Source: Botryllus schlosseri
Lineage: Eukaryota
DNA length: 64,000 bases
Reading direction: 5' to 3'
Assembly: GCA_051294905.1 (NCBI GenBank)
Contig: CM119372.1
Coordinates: forward strand, 20,462,001-20,526,000
The notes under the pieces are model-generated. The model was given only the letters and a program-made list of their open reading frames with translations, was not told the DNA's origin and did not search any database. The number at the start of each line of letters is the position of its first letter. Position 1 is the stretch's first letter. The translations under genes and the position numbers were made by a program. Shown here piece by piece: positions 39,941-53,281 of this stretch.

Positions 39941-41252
39941 TAGGGTGGTTCAGAATTGACCCACTTTTAGGGTTACCATATACGTTCTCCTTTAGGAGGG
40001 ATGTCCTCCTTTTTCAGGTTTTTGAAAATGTCCTCCGAGGATGCCTAAATGTCCTCTTTTTTGATATTTTGTCCTCTTTTTGGGAATTTTTGTTAAATAT
40101 AGGGTAAAATACGACTGAAATAAAAGAGCACCGAAGTAACGCTCCGGCGGCTATTTCGGGAGCTGAGCCGGAAAGTTGACCTTTTTTTAGTTACCATTTT
40201 TTCAAGATTTTCCTCCGGTATTCTAAGTGTGAAAATTTTGAATAAGTGCCCCTTCTTTCCCGATTCCAAAATATGGTAACCCTAACCATTTTCAAAAAGT
40301 CGTGGCTTTCAGTCCGTTTCCAATGCCTTTAGAAACCTATTCTGGCTACTTTTGTCTGTAACTCATTTCTTGTATCTGTGTGCACTGTGCATGGACAGAA
40401 AATGGGCGATTCCCCTATAATTTGAGTGATGTATTCAGCGTGTACTCAAAGGTGCTGTGGATACTCGGGAAATCACGTGACTGTCACGCCCAGATACCTT
40501 TCACGACTTTGTTATTGTCGATCCGTCTGCAACAGTAATTAAAGGCAAAGTTGCTATTGTTCTTCGTTGATTTTAACTATGTTCCATATCGAGTTGGGTG
40601 ACACAATTTCGTATGGTATATTTTGATGCTGTCATCTTGCGCTGTACCAGGTTTCAAGACTATGGCTTTATGACTAGCGTAGTAATTTCGCTGTCGAAGT
40701 CGAGTATATAGTAAATCAGCGCGCACCGATATATTGTCGACTTTGATAACGGAATTACTATGCTAATCATTGAGTGACGATACTGAAACTTACTGCGAAG
40801 CTGCATAACACAACCAAGATACACCATGCCAAATTTCGTCATCCATCTCGGTATGGAACACTTTCAAAACTCACATATACCAATATCAAATTTTTCGAAA
40901 ATTCCATTAAGCGGTTGGTATCTGGGCGTGACAGTTACGTGATTTTCCGAGTGTCTACACCACCTTTGAGTACACGCTGATGTATTGCTTCCCATCAAAA
41001 CATAACAGCTGCATAAATCCTGGTGTTTATTGCAGTTTAGAAGGCTAGGTAAAATCCCGGCACTCAAATTATAGGGGAATGCCCATTTTCTGCCGGTATT
41101 CTTTCAGCTCAACATGCACATTGCACATGCACACAGATGTAAGGGATGAATTACAAAAAAAAACGTAACTAGAATGCGTTATTAAGATAAGGCATGGGAA
41201 ACGGTCTGAAAACCACGACATTTTTAAAGTCGGTCAATTCCTAACAACCCTA
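39941..41252. mobile_element. Non-autonomous TIR element with long imperfect inverted arms, upstream of CTH paralog 2
   Basis: TAGGGTGGTT...AACAACCCTA, imperfect TSD GCGTACAT/GCGTGCAA. Arms at about 40290-40420 and 41070-41230 are complementary, and a MITE is nested at 39968-40284. Confidence 0.65.
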
Positions 41253-41707
41253 GCGTGCAATGATAGGAATGAACACTTAACTATGGAATATCTGCGCCAG
41301 AATATTGGAATCTGTTGACGGTATTGACATTAGGACTGACTCGCTGCTATTGAATCAACCCAATGAATATATATAGGAGTCAAGGACCCGTAACTTCTAA
41401 CCTCATTGACATGTGGTGATTTATGAATTTGAATACCCTGGAGGAGAGTCGCGCTTTCCAAGAAAGTCGTGCGATTCATATATATTAGCCGCGGTTCGGC
41501 GTTCGAAGCATGCACGATTGCCGCATGATCACGTGCAGGATTGCAGAGCGCCGACAGCAGAGCGTGTTCGCACTGTGCGCAGCGGTAGTATAGTTTGCCT
41601 TGATTGACATCCGTTTTGTGTTAGCCGTTTTGCGTGTTGACATCTTTTTATGTCTATGCTTGTTATTTGCAGTGGATTTACTAAGCCGTTTCTCGATTAC
41701 GCTAAGA

Positions 41708-44700
41708 ATGTCAGGTGAAAAAGGATCAACGGGATGGGTTCCTGCAGTCGAGGGGTATTGCAATTCACACAATGACGTATTTATTTCACTTCATGAATGT
41801 ATTGACCTTCTTCAGGTTTAGCACAAATGCAATTCATGCTGGACAAGAGCCAGAGCAGTGGAATGCAAAAATGATTGTCCCACCAATCGCATTAGCCGTC
41901 ACCTATAAGCAGCAAGAACCAGGATTGAATTCGGTGAGTAATATTTGTGTCAGTCACCATCTGGCGATTATTTTATTTACACGATTTAGGACTAGTGCAG
42001 GAAGCAATTTCGTGGCAACCTGAAAACAGATGCTATGAATTTCCGTGACCCTAGTCATTTGTTATATTGAGAAAATACTTTTCAGTCAAATTTCTAGCAG
42101 GAAAGGAAATACAAACAATTACTACTAAATAAATACAGTCCATCCTCAAGATTACCGGACCACGACTGACCTATCGATCTCGCTTCCCATGACATGCCGC
42201 CCTATTTCTTGTCGCATTCTTTTTCTATACTATCTTCTTTACTTTCATTCAGTGTGCATGCCTCCTCTTTACATCGCCTAGGCCAAGGTGGGTGTCAGAT
42301 TCCATAGACTACTCCTTGTCGCTTCGACATCTTCCTGTCTTTTCATTGTATCGCATTTTTTGTGGTGTATTGAACTGATAAAATTGCTAATAAACCAATG
42401 ACGATGATGATGAAAGCACGGAAATTGGACTTGGAGCAAAAGCCAAAAGAAGGTTTGTCACTTAACTAAACACAAGGCTTCGTGTGACAAGTCAATCTCA
42501 CTTTTATAGTTTTGACTCTCAGTCAAGTCGAGTCACAAGTCAATCTCACTTTTATAGTTTTTACTCATTTCAAGTCGAGTCATTTTCAATTCACCACTGA
42601 GTCAAGCCCGAGTCCAACTCATCGAGCAGAGAGTCGAGTCCAAGTCATTGTGTTGACTGCTCAGTTTCCACTCTGTTTGAAGATATCGAATGGTTCGCAT
42701 TTATAGTATACTAATTTCCTTCACTTTTAGCAGTTTCTGGTCGCATTTTCAAGTACCAGTACTAATAGACAGGGTTGTAACCAAGTCACAAGGCTCCGAG
42801 TCACAAGTCAATCTCACTTTTATAGTTTTGACTCGAGTCAAGTCGAGTCATTTTTAGTTCACCACCGAGTCAAGTCCAAGTCACTGACCAGAGGGTCGAG
42901 TCCGAGTTATGGTATTATGACTCGAGTCCAAGTCATTGCGTTGACTGCTCAGTTTCGAGTTAAAGTATTGTTAAAATCACTTTTTATAACTCTGTTTGGT
43001 GATAACGAATTGTTCGCATTTAAAATATACTGATTTTCCTCACTTTTAACATTTTCTGGTCGCATTTTTCAAGTTCCAGTAACAATAGGCAAAATACCTA
43101 CAGTGTGGTTACTTTACTATTCTTCGAAATTGCAATGAAATGTCGGTCTTTGCCGTCTGAGACTCGAGTCATATGACTTAATCCGAGTCATGCGCAATTA
43201 CTCGAGTCCAAGTCGAGTCAATACGCAGATTGACTCGAGTCGAGTCATTTTCGTATTTTGTGAAAATGACTCGAGTCAAGTCGAGTCATCAAAAAATCAC
43301 GACTCGAGTCATTACAACCCGGCTTATAGACAAAATTCCAATAGCGTGGTTACTTTACTATTCTTAGAAATTACAATGATATGTCGGTCTTGGCTGTCTG
43401 AGTGTCGAGTCTTATGACTTGGTTCGAGTCATGCGCAATGACTCGAGTCCAAGTCGAGTCATTTTTTGTGAAAATGACTCGGGTCAAGTCGAGTCATCAG
43501 AAAATCGTGACCCCAGTTGAAGTGATGACTCGAGTCCTTACAACGCTGGTGGTGTACTTGCAAGAGTGAATGTATGACTTCCAATGAAAGAGACTATATT
43601 TTAGGGCAGTGGTTCTCAACCTTCTTGTCTTCGCGGACCCCTTTCGACCGTCAAGGACCCCCGTTGACCCCCTAAGTTTAAGTTCAAATTTAGCTCTATT
43701 ATGGTGCAACCGTGATCTGTGTTTTGCGAATATATACTGTAGGCTAATGACAAACAGCAACAAAATGACTCTTCTTGAAAATATCATCTGGCTATTTATG
43801 TGGAAATTGGGTAGACAGTAGCGGATTCTGCAGCTGCATTTCTTGAAATATGTGGTCGTGTCTTGGAAATCCGCGCCTTCGATTTGATATGAACGAGTGC
43901 CGAAAATGACTATATAGTGCTCATGTTATGAATACTCACTAGGACTGGTTATCTTCGTCAGGGCCTAATCTTAAATCATAAAGTTCTGTGTCAGTTTAAA
44001 ATTTGACGTTTTATTTATTGTACCAGTGGACAAGCATATTGAAAGTATGAGATAAAGTCTTAATATACCTCGAGGACTGGCAGAAAAGTCGTCGCGGTCC
44101 GGCGGTTGAGAACCACTTGTCTACACTTTACACATAGGCTACTACATATCTACATGTGCTGTGCAATCTGGGCAGCGGAAGCAAATTAGTTTCTAATTCA
44201 ACTGGGCTGCACCAAATTTGCATCGATGTTTTAAGTAGGCACATGCCTGAGGCCTACATCATTTGATTTGGTTATGTGCCTCCAACGGAACAGAGAAGTA
44301 GGAAACGTCTACTGTGACTCGAAAAGCACGACAAATATTTTTAGCAAAACATTTTTCTCGTTGCCGGGTGCGAAATAGCACAATCTTATTCCCACGTTGT
44401 AGTAAACAAGTGATTAGTTTAATCATCTGGATTCGGTTTGTAGCTGAAAGTGGGATCTGAAATCCTACGCTCATCACACGCTACTGTATTCATGCAATCA
44501 TTGATATTGAATGACTGTTCTTTAAATACAGATTCGGAACTTTTCTAATTTGCTATTTCAGGGATATGTTTATGGTCGTCTCGGCAATCCAACAAGGACA
44601 TGTTTAGAAAAATGTGCTGCGTCTCTGGAGAATGCAAAATACGGTAGGCGTGAAGTTTTCTTCACAGCGTAACGACACGTAGCCTACACTCTGACTGATG

Positions 44701-47700
44701 AGTTACTATGCTGTTTTCCGCTAACAGCACTCGCTTTCTCAAGTGGAGTCGCTGCGACACAGGCTATCATAAACTTGCTGAAAGCTGGAGACCATGTCAT
44801 CACAACGGATGATGTTTATGGTGGTACAAACAGGTGACATTTAATTAGGTCCCGGGGTGGATTTGATATCATTTATGCAACATACGCAGTCCCTGGCCGG
44901 GTATTTGTTGCCTGTTGGCATATTTGCATTGTCAATGCGTTGTAATGAACAGATCGTAAAGAAACAGCCATGTGCCGTCCATCAACTAACAACCAATTAT
45001 TGATACTAAAGCAGCACTACGCTCTAAAATGATGTGGTCTCTAATTGGAGAACAGATCTATTTTTTTTTGGCGCAGCCATTTTCTTCAGAAAGCCACAGT
45101 AATGGAACTGCAACTGAATGATTTTTGAATAGCCCGTTGCAAAATTTCTGGCACGATAACATCACTGTCGCACTTGCTCGTCTTGACTCTATAATATTTG
45201 TCGGCTGACTGAGACTGACATGCCATTATAGTTGCATAAGAATAGGACGTGATATATCTCTGTCCTAGAGAAATACACTAGGACCAATCTGTCCTCAAGC
45301 TTCAGATATAAATCCTCCTGACTGAACACCGTCCGTTGAGTGCCGGGACCACACACCTAATTAACGTACGGTAACTAAACCGCTGTGGAGTGTAAGACAC
45401 AATTCCTTCATAATATCTTCTGATAACTATCTAAAGTTCGTTCTCTGCGTGACTGCCTAATCACGCCAAGAAAGTGCGACAGTGAAGACAATTGTGCCAG
45501 ATATTTTACAACGGGTTAAGAAACGACGACATGCAGCAGAGGGAGTAGATCGGGGCGCTATCCAAAAATCATTTAGTTGCAATTTCATTATAGGGGCTGT
45601 CTCAAGAAAATGGCTTCGGCTAAAGATATATTTTCGATCTGTTCTTCAATTTGAGACCACATCATTGTTAGAGCGCAGTGCGACTGTAATTGTTATTAAC
45701 ACCTTACATTGCATGTCAGTGAGTCAGGGACGTTGACATTGTTAATGATATTTTGTTATTCTTTGCCGTTTCCTTAATCTTTGATTAATCTTTGAGCTAT
45801 TTGTAAAGACACTGTATGAATAGCAACACATGAGACAAGGAACCCAGATAAACCTCGAAACCAGCACCATGACGTCAGTGGGGGTTAAAGTAGTCAGTGT
45901 CACCTCTGCGTTCTATTGGCGGTGGTGTTAACTAACTCCACTAACCCTCCCCCCCCCCACCATGTAAAGTTGTCAAAGATCTGTGTAAAAGGGCAAATTT
46001 TCACATTACCGGTATGTAGAAGTAGTTATGTTGATGTCACTTGCTGAAATATTATTCCTGAATAGATTGTGACACTATGAAAAGATTTCAAGTGACGAAA
46101 TGGACTCTCACAATATAGCAATAACAGGTTTTAAGTGGTTTGTATAATTGCAAACAAAAATAACCACGTGAAATAGTTCCTAGGCGTATAGTAGTCGAAA
46201 GGTGAAATGCACCAGTTTAAGAACAGGCCATAATTCATACACCAGAAAGAAAATCGAGTGAATGCCTTTCATAAGCCGGGCTAGTATTTTCAGTACCGCC
46301 TACTTGAGTCTAGAATAATTTGGGAATCTCTGATATGCTGTAGAATCTGATTGAGAAATGTATGTCACATTGAATGAATTTTTAGCCGTACTGTGCTATC
46401 AATACTAGTGCCAAATTCCGATCTTGCAGGCGATATTGTACCCTTCAATTTCATTCTGTTTTCATCAATGATAGGTTTTTTCGTCAAATTGCTGCCAAAT
46501 TTAATTTGGAATTCTCTTTTGTGGACTTTACCAACCTCAAAAATGTAGAAGATGCGATCAAATCAAACACCAAGGTTGACTCTTGCAGATTTTACTCAAT
46601 TGACATGAAATTTTTACAGTTGATCCTCTTCATTTCAGCTGATTTGGGTTGAAACACCAACAAACCCCACCATGAAAGTGACTGATATCAAAGCAGTATC
46701 AGAGATTGCTCATCGCCGTAAAGATATCTTGGTTGTTGTTGACAACACCTTCATGTCATCGTACTTCCAAGTATAGACTGCTTCACAGCATATGTGTCGA
46801 AGTGGTTCATGTATCTTTGCTCATGTTGCAGAGACCTCTATCACTTGGTGCGGACATCAGCTATCATTCAGCTACCAAATACTTGAATGGGCACTGTGAT
46901 GTTCTCATGGGTCTGCTAATGGTGAATGACGATGAATTGAAGAAAAGACTTTACTTCATACAGTATTGTTAGATATTTGATTCAAGCTAATACAACAGTT
47001 GCCGTTATATAGGGTATTTGTTTTAGCAACTGGATCACTGCCTTCAGGATTCGATTGCTACTTGGTCAATAGAGGTATAAAGACATTGGCCCTGCGTATG
47101 GAGAAGCATCAGGAAAATGCTTTACTGGTGGCGAAATTCCTTGAAAGTCATCTATTGGTGGAGAAAGTGAAGTATGCCGGGCTACCATCTCATCCTCAGT
47201 ACGACATAATGCAAAAGCAAGTACGTATCATTCGATTAGCATCACAGTACTTGTTTGTATCAGAAAGTGAAGCAGTATAAAAAAATTTCAACATCAGATT
47301 CAATCCACTTTTTACAGTACCAATTTTGATTCGGTGTTGGTTGCAAGGCCAGTAAAGTAGCAAAGTCTCACAGTTTAATTGTCTCCAACTCAGAACCTAC
47401 TCTGGCTGTACTCCCAACTAATCTAGCTTTGTATGAAGTACTCAATAAGTCTGATCCTACAGCAAGCTCAATGCTAGTAGTCATGTATGCATATTGCATA
47501 TGCTGCAATGACACGCAATGTTTATGTGTGATATCAGGGTTGTAATGACTCCAGTCGAACTCGAGTCATTTTTTCAGATACGTAAAATGACTTTAATCGA
47601 GTAAATTTGTGTATTGATTCGACTTGTACTTGAACCAAGTCATATCTCTCGAAACTAGGATGGCCAAGACAGACATTTCATTGCAACTTCGAAGAATAGT

Positions 47701-49997
47701 AAAGTCACCACATTATTGGTATTTCGTCTATCAGTTCTGATACTTGGAAAATAGGGCCAGTAACTGTTAGGACTGAAGAAAATTACTATATTATGAATGC
47801 GAGCAATTCTATATCATTCGAGCAGAGTTGAAAAAAGTGGGTGGATCCCGATTAAACTGAAAACTGAACAGTGAACACAATGACTTGGACTCGAGTCACA
47901 GCACTATGACTCGGACTCGACCCTCTACTCACTGACTTGGACTCGGTGGTGAATTGAAAATGACTCGACTTGACTCGAGTCAAAACTATAATAGTGAGAT
48001 TGACTTGTGACTTGGAACCTTGGGATTTGGTCAGAACCCTGTGTGATATGTAATCACAATAGATCTATCCTATGTGTCCATAACAAAAATAACCTGGTTT
48101 CTTCTGTCCCATCGACAACAACCCTTTTGCACTTTGCTTTCCATCTGATCCATTTGTCTGGAAAACCGGTTTCCGCGACTACTTGCCGTTGAGTTAACCT
48201 TTATTTAGTCAACTTTCGTATCATATGCAGAATAAAGCCGTCTTCTCGTGCATTTTTGGCCGTGATAATGAAATATACCCCATTTTCGCCCTCTTGTTCC
48301 TAAAAAACGCCCACTGGGATCCATATCACCCTCATTGGGAACAACTGTGTTTGAGTATACGGGTTAATTGAATTTTTCATTAGTTTTATCATCCCCTTTC
48401 ACATTATTGCTGCAAAGAGTTTTCAGGTGTGGTAGTTTTTGCGCCTCTGTACTAGATAAGCGCTTGATCTCCAACCAAAGATGCTCTACCCTTTGACCTC
48501 CATTATAGATTTTGCACAATATCATAACTACATTTCTAAACACTCATTGTTTTGAATGTAAGTCGTAGCGTGATGGAGATCCATTACCGTTACTATGACT
48601 ACTAATCTCACTCAGTTTTGTGAGTGCTGAACTATATCGTAGCCAGTCATGATGAAATTTCGCTAATGTGACACGACTCCTTGCTACAATGATCTGGCTT
48701 ATCTTGATGCGACACCCACAGGCATCTGGCTGTTCGGGAATGCTTTGTTTCTGGATGAAAGGAGATCTGCAACAGACCAAGAAGTTCCTAGCGAGTTTGA
48801 AGGTGTTCATGTGCGCAGAAAGCTTGGGAGGATTCGAGAGTCTCGCCGAGCATCCGTGAGTAAACGATGACCAAGGATATTGTGATGTGTCGCTATGATA
48901 TTTTGTTTTTGAACAGCGCCATCATGACGCATGCAACTGTCCCAGCCGAGCACCGTGCGATGTTAGGTATAAGTGATAATTTCATCAGGATATCCGTTGG
49001 TTTGGAAGATGCGGATGACCTCATTCAAGATCTGGACCAGGCACTGAAATCCGGGGTATGTACTAAGCAGTGTTGGAACGACTTGAGTCGTGGCTTGACT
49101 TGACTCGGAAGTTCAAAAATTATTGACCCGTGACTTGAAGCGAAATTTTCGAATCAATTTCAAGTCATGAAGTAATCAATGTCGACTAAGTCGCTGTACC
49201 TTTAGGTACATGTTCTCGACATACTGATATGACCTCTGTGAGAAGCCAGTCATTCAATGATTGCGCAGTCTATTTTTACTGAGCCTACGTCGTTATGTCA
49301 CAAATAAATTGACCGCAAACGAAGTGATTAGAGCTTTACTGGTCGTAGACTAGTCGTAATCTATCTGTACGTGTGACCGATATATTTTATAAATTTATAT
49401 TACTCGTAAATAATTGGTGTAGGCTTAATTTGTATCGTATGGATGAGAAGGTGGATTCTGTAATGCATCATATCAACTTGTTACAACTTTTTGGTGTTTC
49501 ATATTCTATCATCTATTTGGCTGACAGCTTATGATGTACGGTAGTTTAGTAGTTGTACGTATATGTCAGCTATGCAACGCCCTGTTAAAGGTATAATTAA
49601 CTCGATATTCGTTACTCGATAGGCCACATAATTAATAGCAACTCGATCTGTACTTCAGTCATCTTGCAAAATGCAATTACATGAATCATGCCCCGTACTT
49701 CGAAAATTCGACAAGACTTTGTGACTTGAGTCGCCTTAAAAAATCGAGTGACTTGGCTTGACTCGAGTCAAAATGTGCAATGACTCTATATGTCTTGTGA
49801 CTCAAAGGTAGTGACTAGAGTCCAACGCTGGTGCTAGGACTTGTGCATAAATGTTCTATCGATGTGTTCTCATTGGTGGTGTGGTCGTGTGGACGTAGAG
49901 AAAATTCAGTCACTGTATGGCTGGCTTACGAAATTGATGTTGTTATGGTTGCTTTTTTAGCAGCAGGATTTTGCTTTGTCTGCAGCACGAGAAGTGA
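41708..49997 (+). CDS. CTH: Cystathionine gamma-lyase-like, paralog 2 (divergent substrate loop), 11 coding exons
   Basis: Exons 41708-41754, 41816-41933, 44562-44643, 44728-44833, 46475-46574, 46639-46770, 46832-46967, 47027-47220, 48722-48855, 48917-49055 and a probable last exon 49986-49997 (HEK*). Intron positions and phases match paralog 1, there are no stops, and SATKYLNGHCD and AESLGG are intact. Confidence 0.92.
42470..43549. mobile_element. GACTCGAGTC-family hAT MITE with a same-family copy (42770-43322) nested inside
   Basis: Inner copy CAGGGTTGTAA...TTACAACCCGG flanked by CTAATAGA/CTTATAGA. The outer copy resumes exactly after it. Confidence 0.75.
47535..48041. mobile_element. GACTCGAGTC-family hAT MITE in CTH paralog 2 intron 8
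   Basis: CAGGGTT...AACCCTG, exact TSD TGTGATAT. Reverse homolog of 42770-43322. Confidence 0.85.
49068..49830. mobile_element. GACTCGAGTC-family hAT element in the last intron of CTH paralog 2
   Basis: CAGTGTTGGA...TCCAACGCTG, imperfect TSD GTACTAAG/GTGCTAGG. Homologous to 12189-12989. Confidence 0.7.
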
Positions 49998-51036
49998 TTT
50001 GTTGTTCAGATGTCTGCCATCGCAGTGACAGATTTATTGTAATTCATTCTTAATCAGTGTGTCCTAAGAGTAATGATGCATTCTTGCTCGGAATGAGTTG
50101 GATTTGTGCTTGAAAGTGCTCTACTACGGCAATAACTAACAAATTTTAATTTGATTTTGAATGTCATCACTGCTTTGTATTGTCCATTATACACCGATAC
50201 TTGATCTTGTGTGATGTCGTACAACACACCGACCGGAAACATATCCGTATTAAAAGGAACTGGTCAATGCATACAGCTGATCTGTACTAGCTCTGGTATC
50301 AGTCAAGATCGGGCATTGTGTAGAGTGCTTAGGAAAGCGCGAAGTTGAGGAAAGATTAAATACTACCTTATTAGGCTATGTTGTATGTCGTTTTTGAAGT
50401 CTGGCATCAGTTATAGCCTTCCATATCATGAAATTACGTTTTTATTGTAAACGTCTTTGTTGCTGTGCTTGATGTATTTTGATTTCATGATAAGTGGTGT
50501 CTTACAAAAGCCCGGCATGAACGAAAAGTGGGCATTATGATATTAGTAGCTGCTGCGTTTCAGGATGCTGCTAGGACTAGACTAGTGGTTCTCGAACTTT
50601 TTTAGACAAGTCCCCCTTTATCATAGTGAAAAATTTGGCGCTCCCCTTATCGTCATATCATAAAATGCAACCAGAATGCTTGCAATCCCAATGGATAGTT
50701 TGATGTCATGAAAGATTATGATTGTTGATGAGAGAATTCTCAAATATGAAATTTGGACTATACACAGAGCAGTAACTATGAATTGGTGGTAGATCGCGTC
50801 GAGCGGCAAAAGTTTTTTTGTTAACAGCAGCTTCGCGCCCCCCTTTAGATGGTTTCACGCCTCCCAGTTTGAGAACCACTGGATTGGACCATTGGTGAAA
50901 TCGAAAATTCCAGCATCATCAGCCGTAATTTTACAGCATTCATCAGTTACCTATATCACCAAATCTTAACCTATTGTGAACATGGAGACTTGTTGAGTTA
51001 ACGTATGCTCAATTAACCTCGAGTATCCCTAATCAG

Positions 51037-51909
51037 TAGGGCGATTTTTTTCACATGTCTAAAAAAGTCTAAATTCGGTCAAAATTGTAGCGTTAGGTCA
51101 AAAAATGTCAAAATTGTTTACAATGTTAAAACTTTTTTGCAACCTGCATTTCGTTTGTATCGTAGATTTTGCACTGCCGTTGAACTTATCATTTGACATT
51201 TCACAGCTTGTAGCCTACTTTATAGGCCTACCGTTGTAGACGGCCCATTGTCTGCTCATTGTGAATCATAAACATTCAAATGAGAGAAATAGGTTGACAC
51301 GTGGTGTTATGCTCAACGTACCGCAATATTCCAACTGTAGCAAGACTGCGTGGGCATTGCATGGTTCTTATATCAAGAATCGCATGATGAAAAATTGTGA
51401 TGTAGACAGCATTGTCAGAATGGAGCAACACGGTTTGTCGCCAACAGTGTACGCACAACCTCAGTGTTGTCAGCCAACAAATGCTGCTGTTGAGCGTTCT
51501 TTCTCCATTCTTGGCAAGCTACTTAGTTAGGACAAACACTTTCTACTCGAGAATGTAGGAAAGTATATTTCGTTGTAATACAAAATTTTTTAATTATTTC
51601 TACCATAATGCTTAATGTAACTACTACTACATAGAGCCACATTTCGGTAAAATAAAGATTTTTCATGTAAAAATTTGTCAGTTTTTTAGGCAAAAAGTGT
51701 TTTTTCAGGCCAAACTACTTCGTGAGAACAGACAGTTCCAACCAGAAATGAAGATGAGTAGTACAATTCTAATATATTGTGGGAAAAACCTAATTTGCAT
51801 ACGTTAGGTCAAATTTGGTCAAAATTAAGATTTTCAATGTCAAAAAATGTCAAAATTTTGATTTTTCAGGTCAAAATCTTCCGTTTTTAGGTAAAAAATA
51901 ATCGTTCTA
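51037..51909 (+). mobile_element. hAT deletion derivative with dimerisation-domain relic
   Basis: TAGGGCGATT...AATCGTTCTA, exact TSD CTAATCAG, GTCAAAA repeats and the peptide QCCQPTNAAVERSFSILGKLL. A shorter relative lies at about 25912-26173. Confidence 0.8.
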
Positions 51910-52080
51910 CTAATCAGAGTTCTAGTGCTGAAGTATCCGAATTGATTTAGAAACATCAGCCATCGTGACATACTAGCACTTTCATTGTTTTATGTTGAAA
52001 ACTTCGGCTTCAGCAGAGGTCTCGCAGCGACCGGAAACACGCAAGCAACTGATATCAGTTTTTAATCAATTCCCTATTAA

Positions 52081-53123
52081 CTCTTTCAACGCCGCGTATC
52101 CCCATATGTTCGCTGCCGATTGTCTTCAAAACGCCGCGTATCCCCATATGTTCGCTAAATCGAGAGAGCGTATTTTTGTCTCGAAAATCTGACATGCCGT
52201 TTTGCGTTCATGCCAGTCGGGGCATTGTGCGGTAATGAATTCGAAATTCCAGACTTGCTACTGAGAGGCAATTTCGCTCGATTACCTGTACGGAATAGTA
52301 ACTTCATTTGTTTTATATTTCAACGACGGTAATGATTTTCAACAGATGCCAATACCTAAAGACATTTTACATCATTATCACCAATCTTTAGCGACACATC
52401 GCGCGTTAAGTTAATACACGGATCTACTGAAGCCACCAAGACAGTACATGTACTGCGACAACACAGACTTCACACCAATATATACGTATTTATTCAAGTT
52501 TTACAAACGTAAAATTGCATCGGGAGATGACGAGGACTCATCGGTGACAAATAATGATGTTTTTGTGCAGATCGATGCTTGTAATCGCTGCGCCTGAAAA
52601 ACAAACTTGAGTACTGGTACTAGCAGAAGTCAAAATTTCGAGGCATTATTGCTGATTTGACGTCACAATGATAACCTTGAAGCATCGACGGCCGAAGATC
52701 ATGTCGGCAGCAGTATTTCACGAAGGTTCTAAATCTCCGCATTGTCATCGAAAAAGAATTAACGATTTAAGGATAATATATTATCAATATATAATATAAT
52801 GAGAATATTCTGTGAAATTTACAACGTCACAGCTAATCTATAAGTACCATAGGAACACCAACAAAATCCATACCTTAGCAGCAGCGCGCCTGAAATCAGC
52901 AAAACTTCAGTTCGTACCGAAGCCTGTCCTAGCAACACGACAGCATCAATCAAGGTACGTTACGCATCATTAGATAGATATCGTTTGCGGCTACAATACG
53001 GACGTAGGTACGTCTCGGTAGCTAAGGTAGCGACGAAGTTACGATCGGTTGAAATTGGGGTTATTTGATGAAAATCGCGGCGTTTTGAAGACAATCGTCA
53101 AATTTAGCTCGGCGTCGAAAGAG
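52081..53123. mobile_element. piggyBac-type non-autonomous element
   Basis: TTAA on both flanks, TIR CTCTTTC(A/G)ACGCCG, and a subterminal direct repeat AACGCCGCGTATCCCCATATGTTCGCT. Confidence 0.85.
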
Positions 53124-53281
53124 TTAATTGGACCGACAGATTAATGACAGATATCCTACAAGCATACGATTTCTCATACGTCAGATTAGCAAATCAATGC
53201 TGCGAATCAAGTAACGATACCAACGTGAACATCTGAAGCTTAGCATGCAGTGACTGAATTTTGGCTCAATCCACCTTATAG

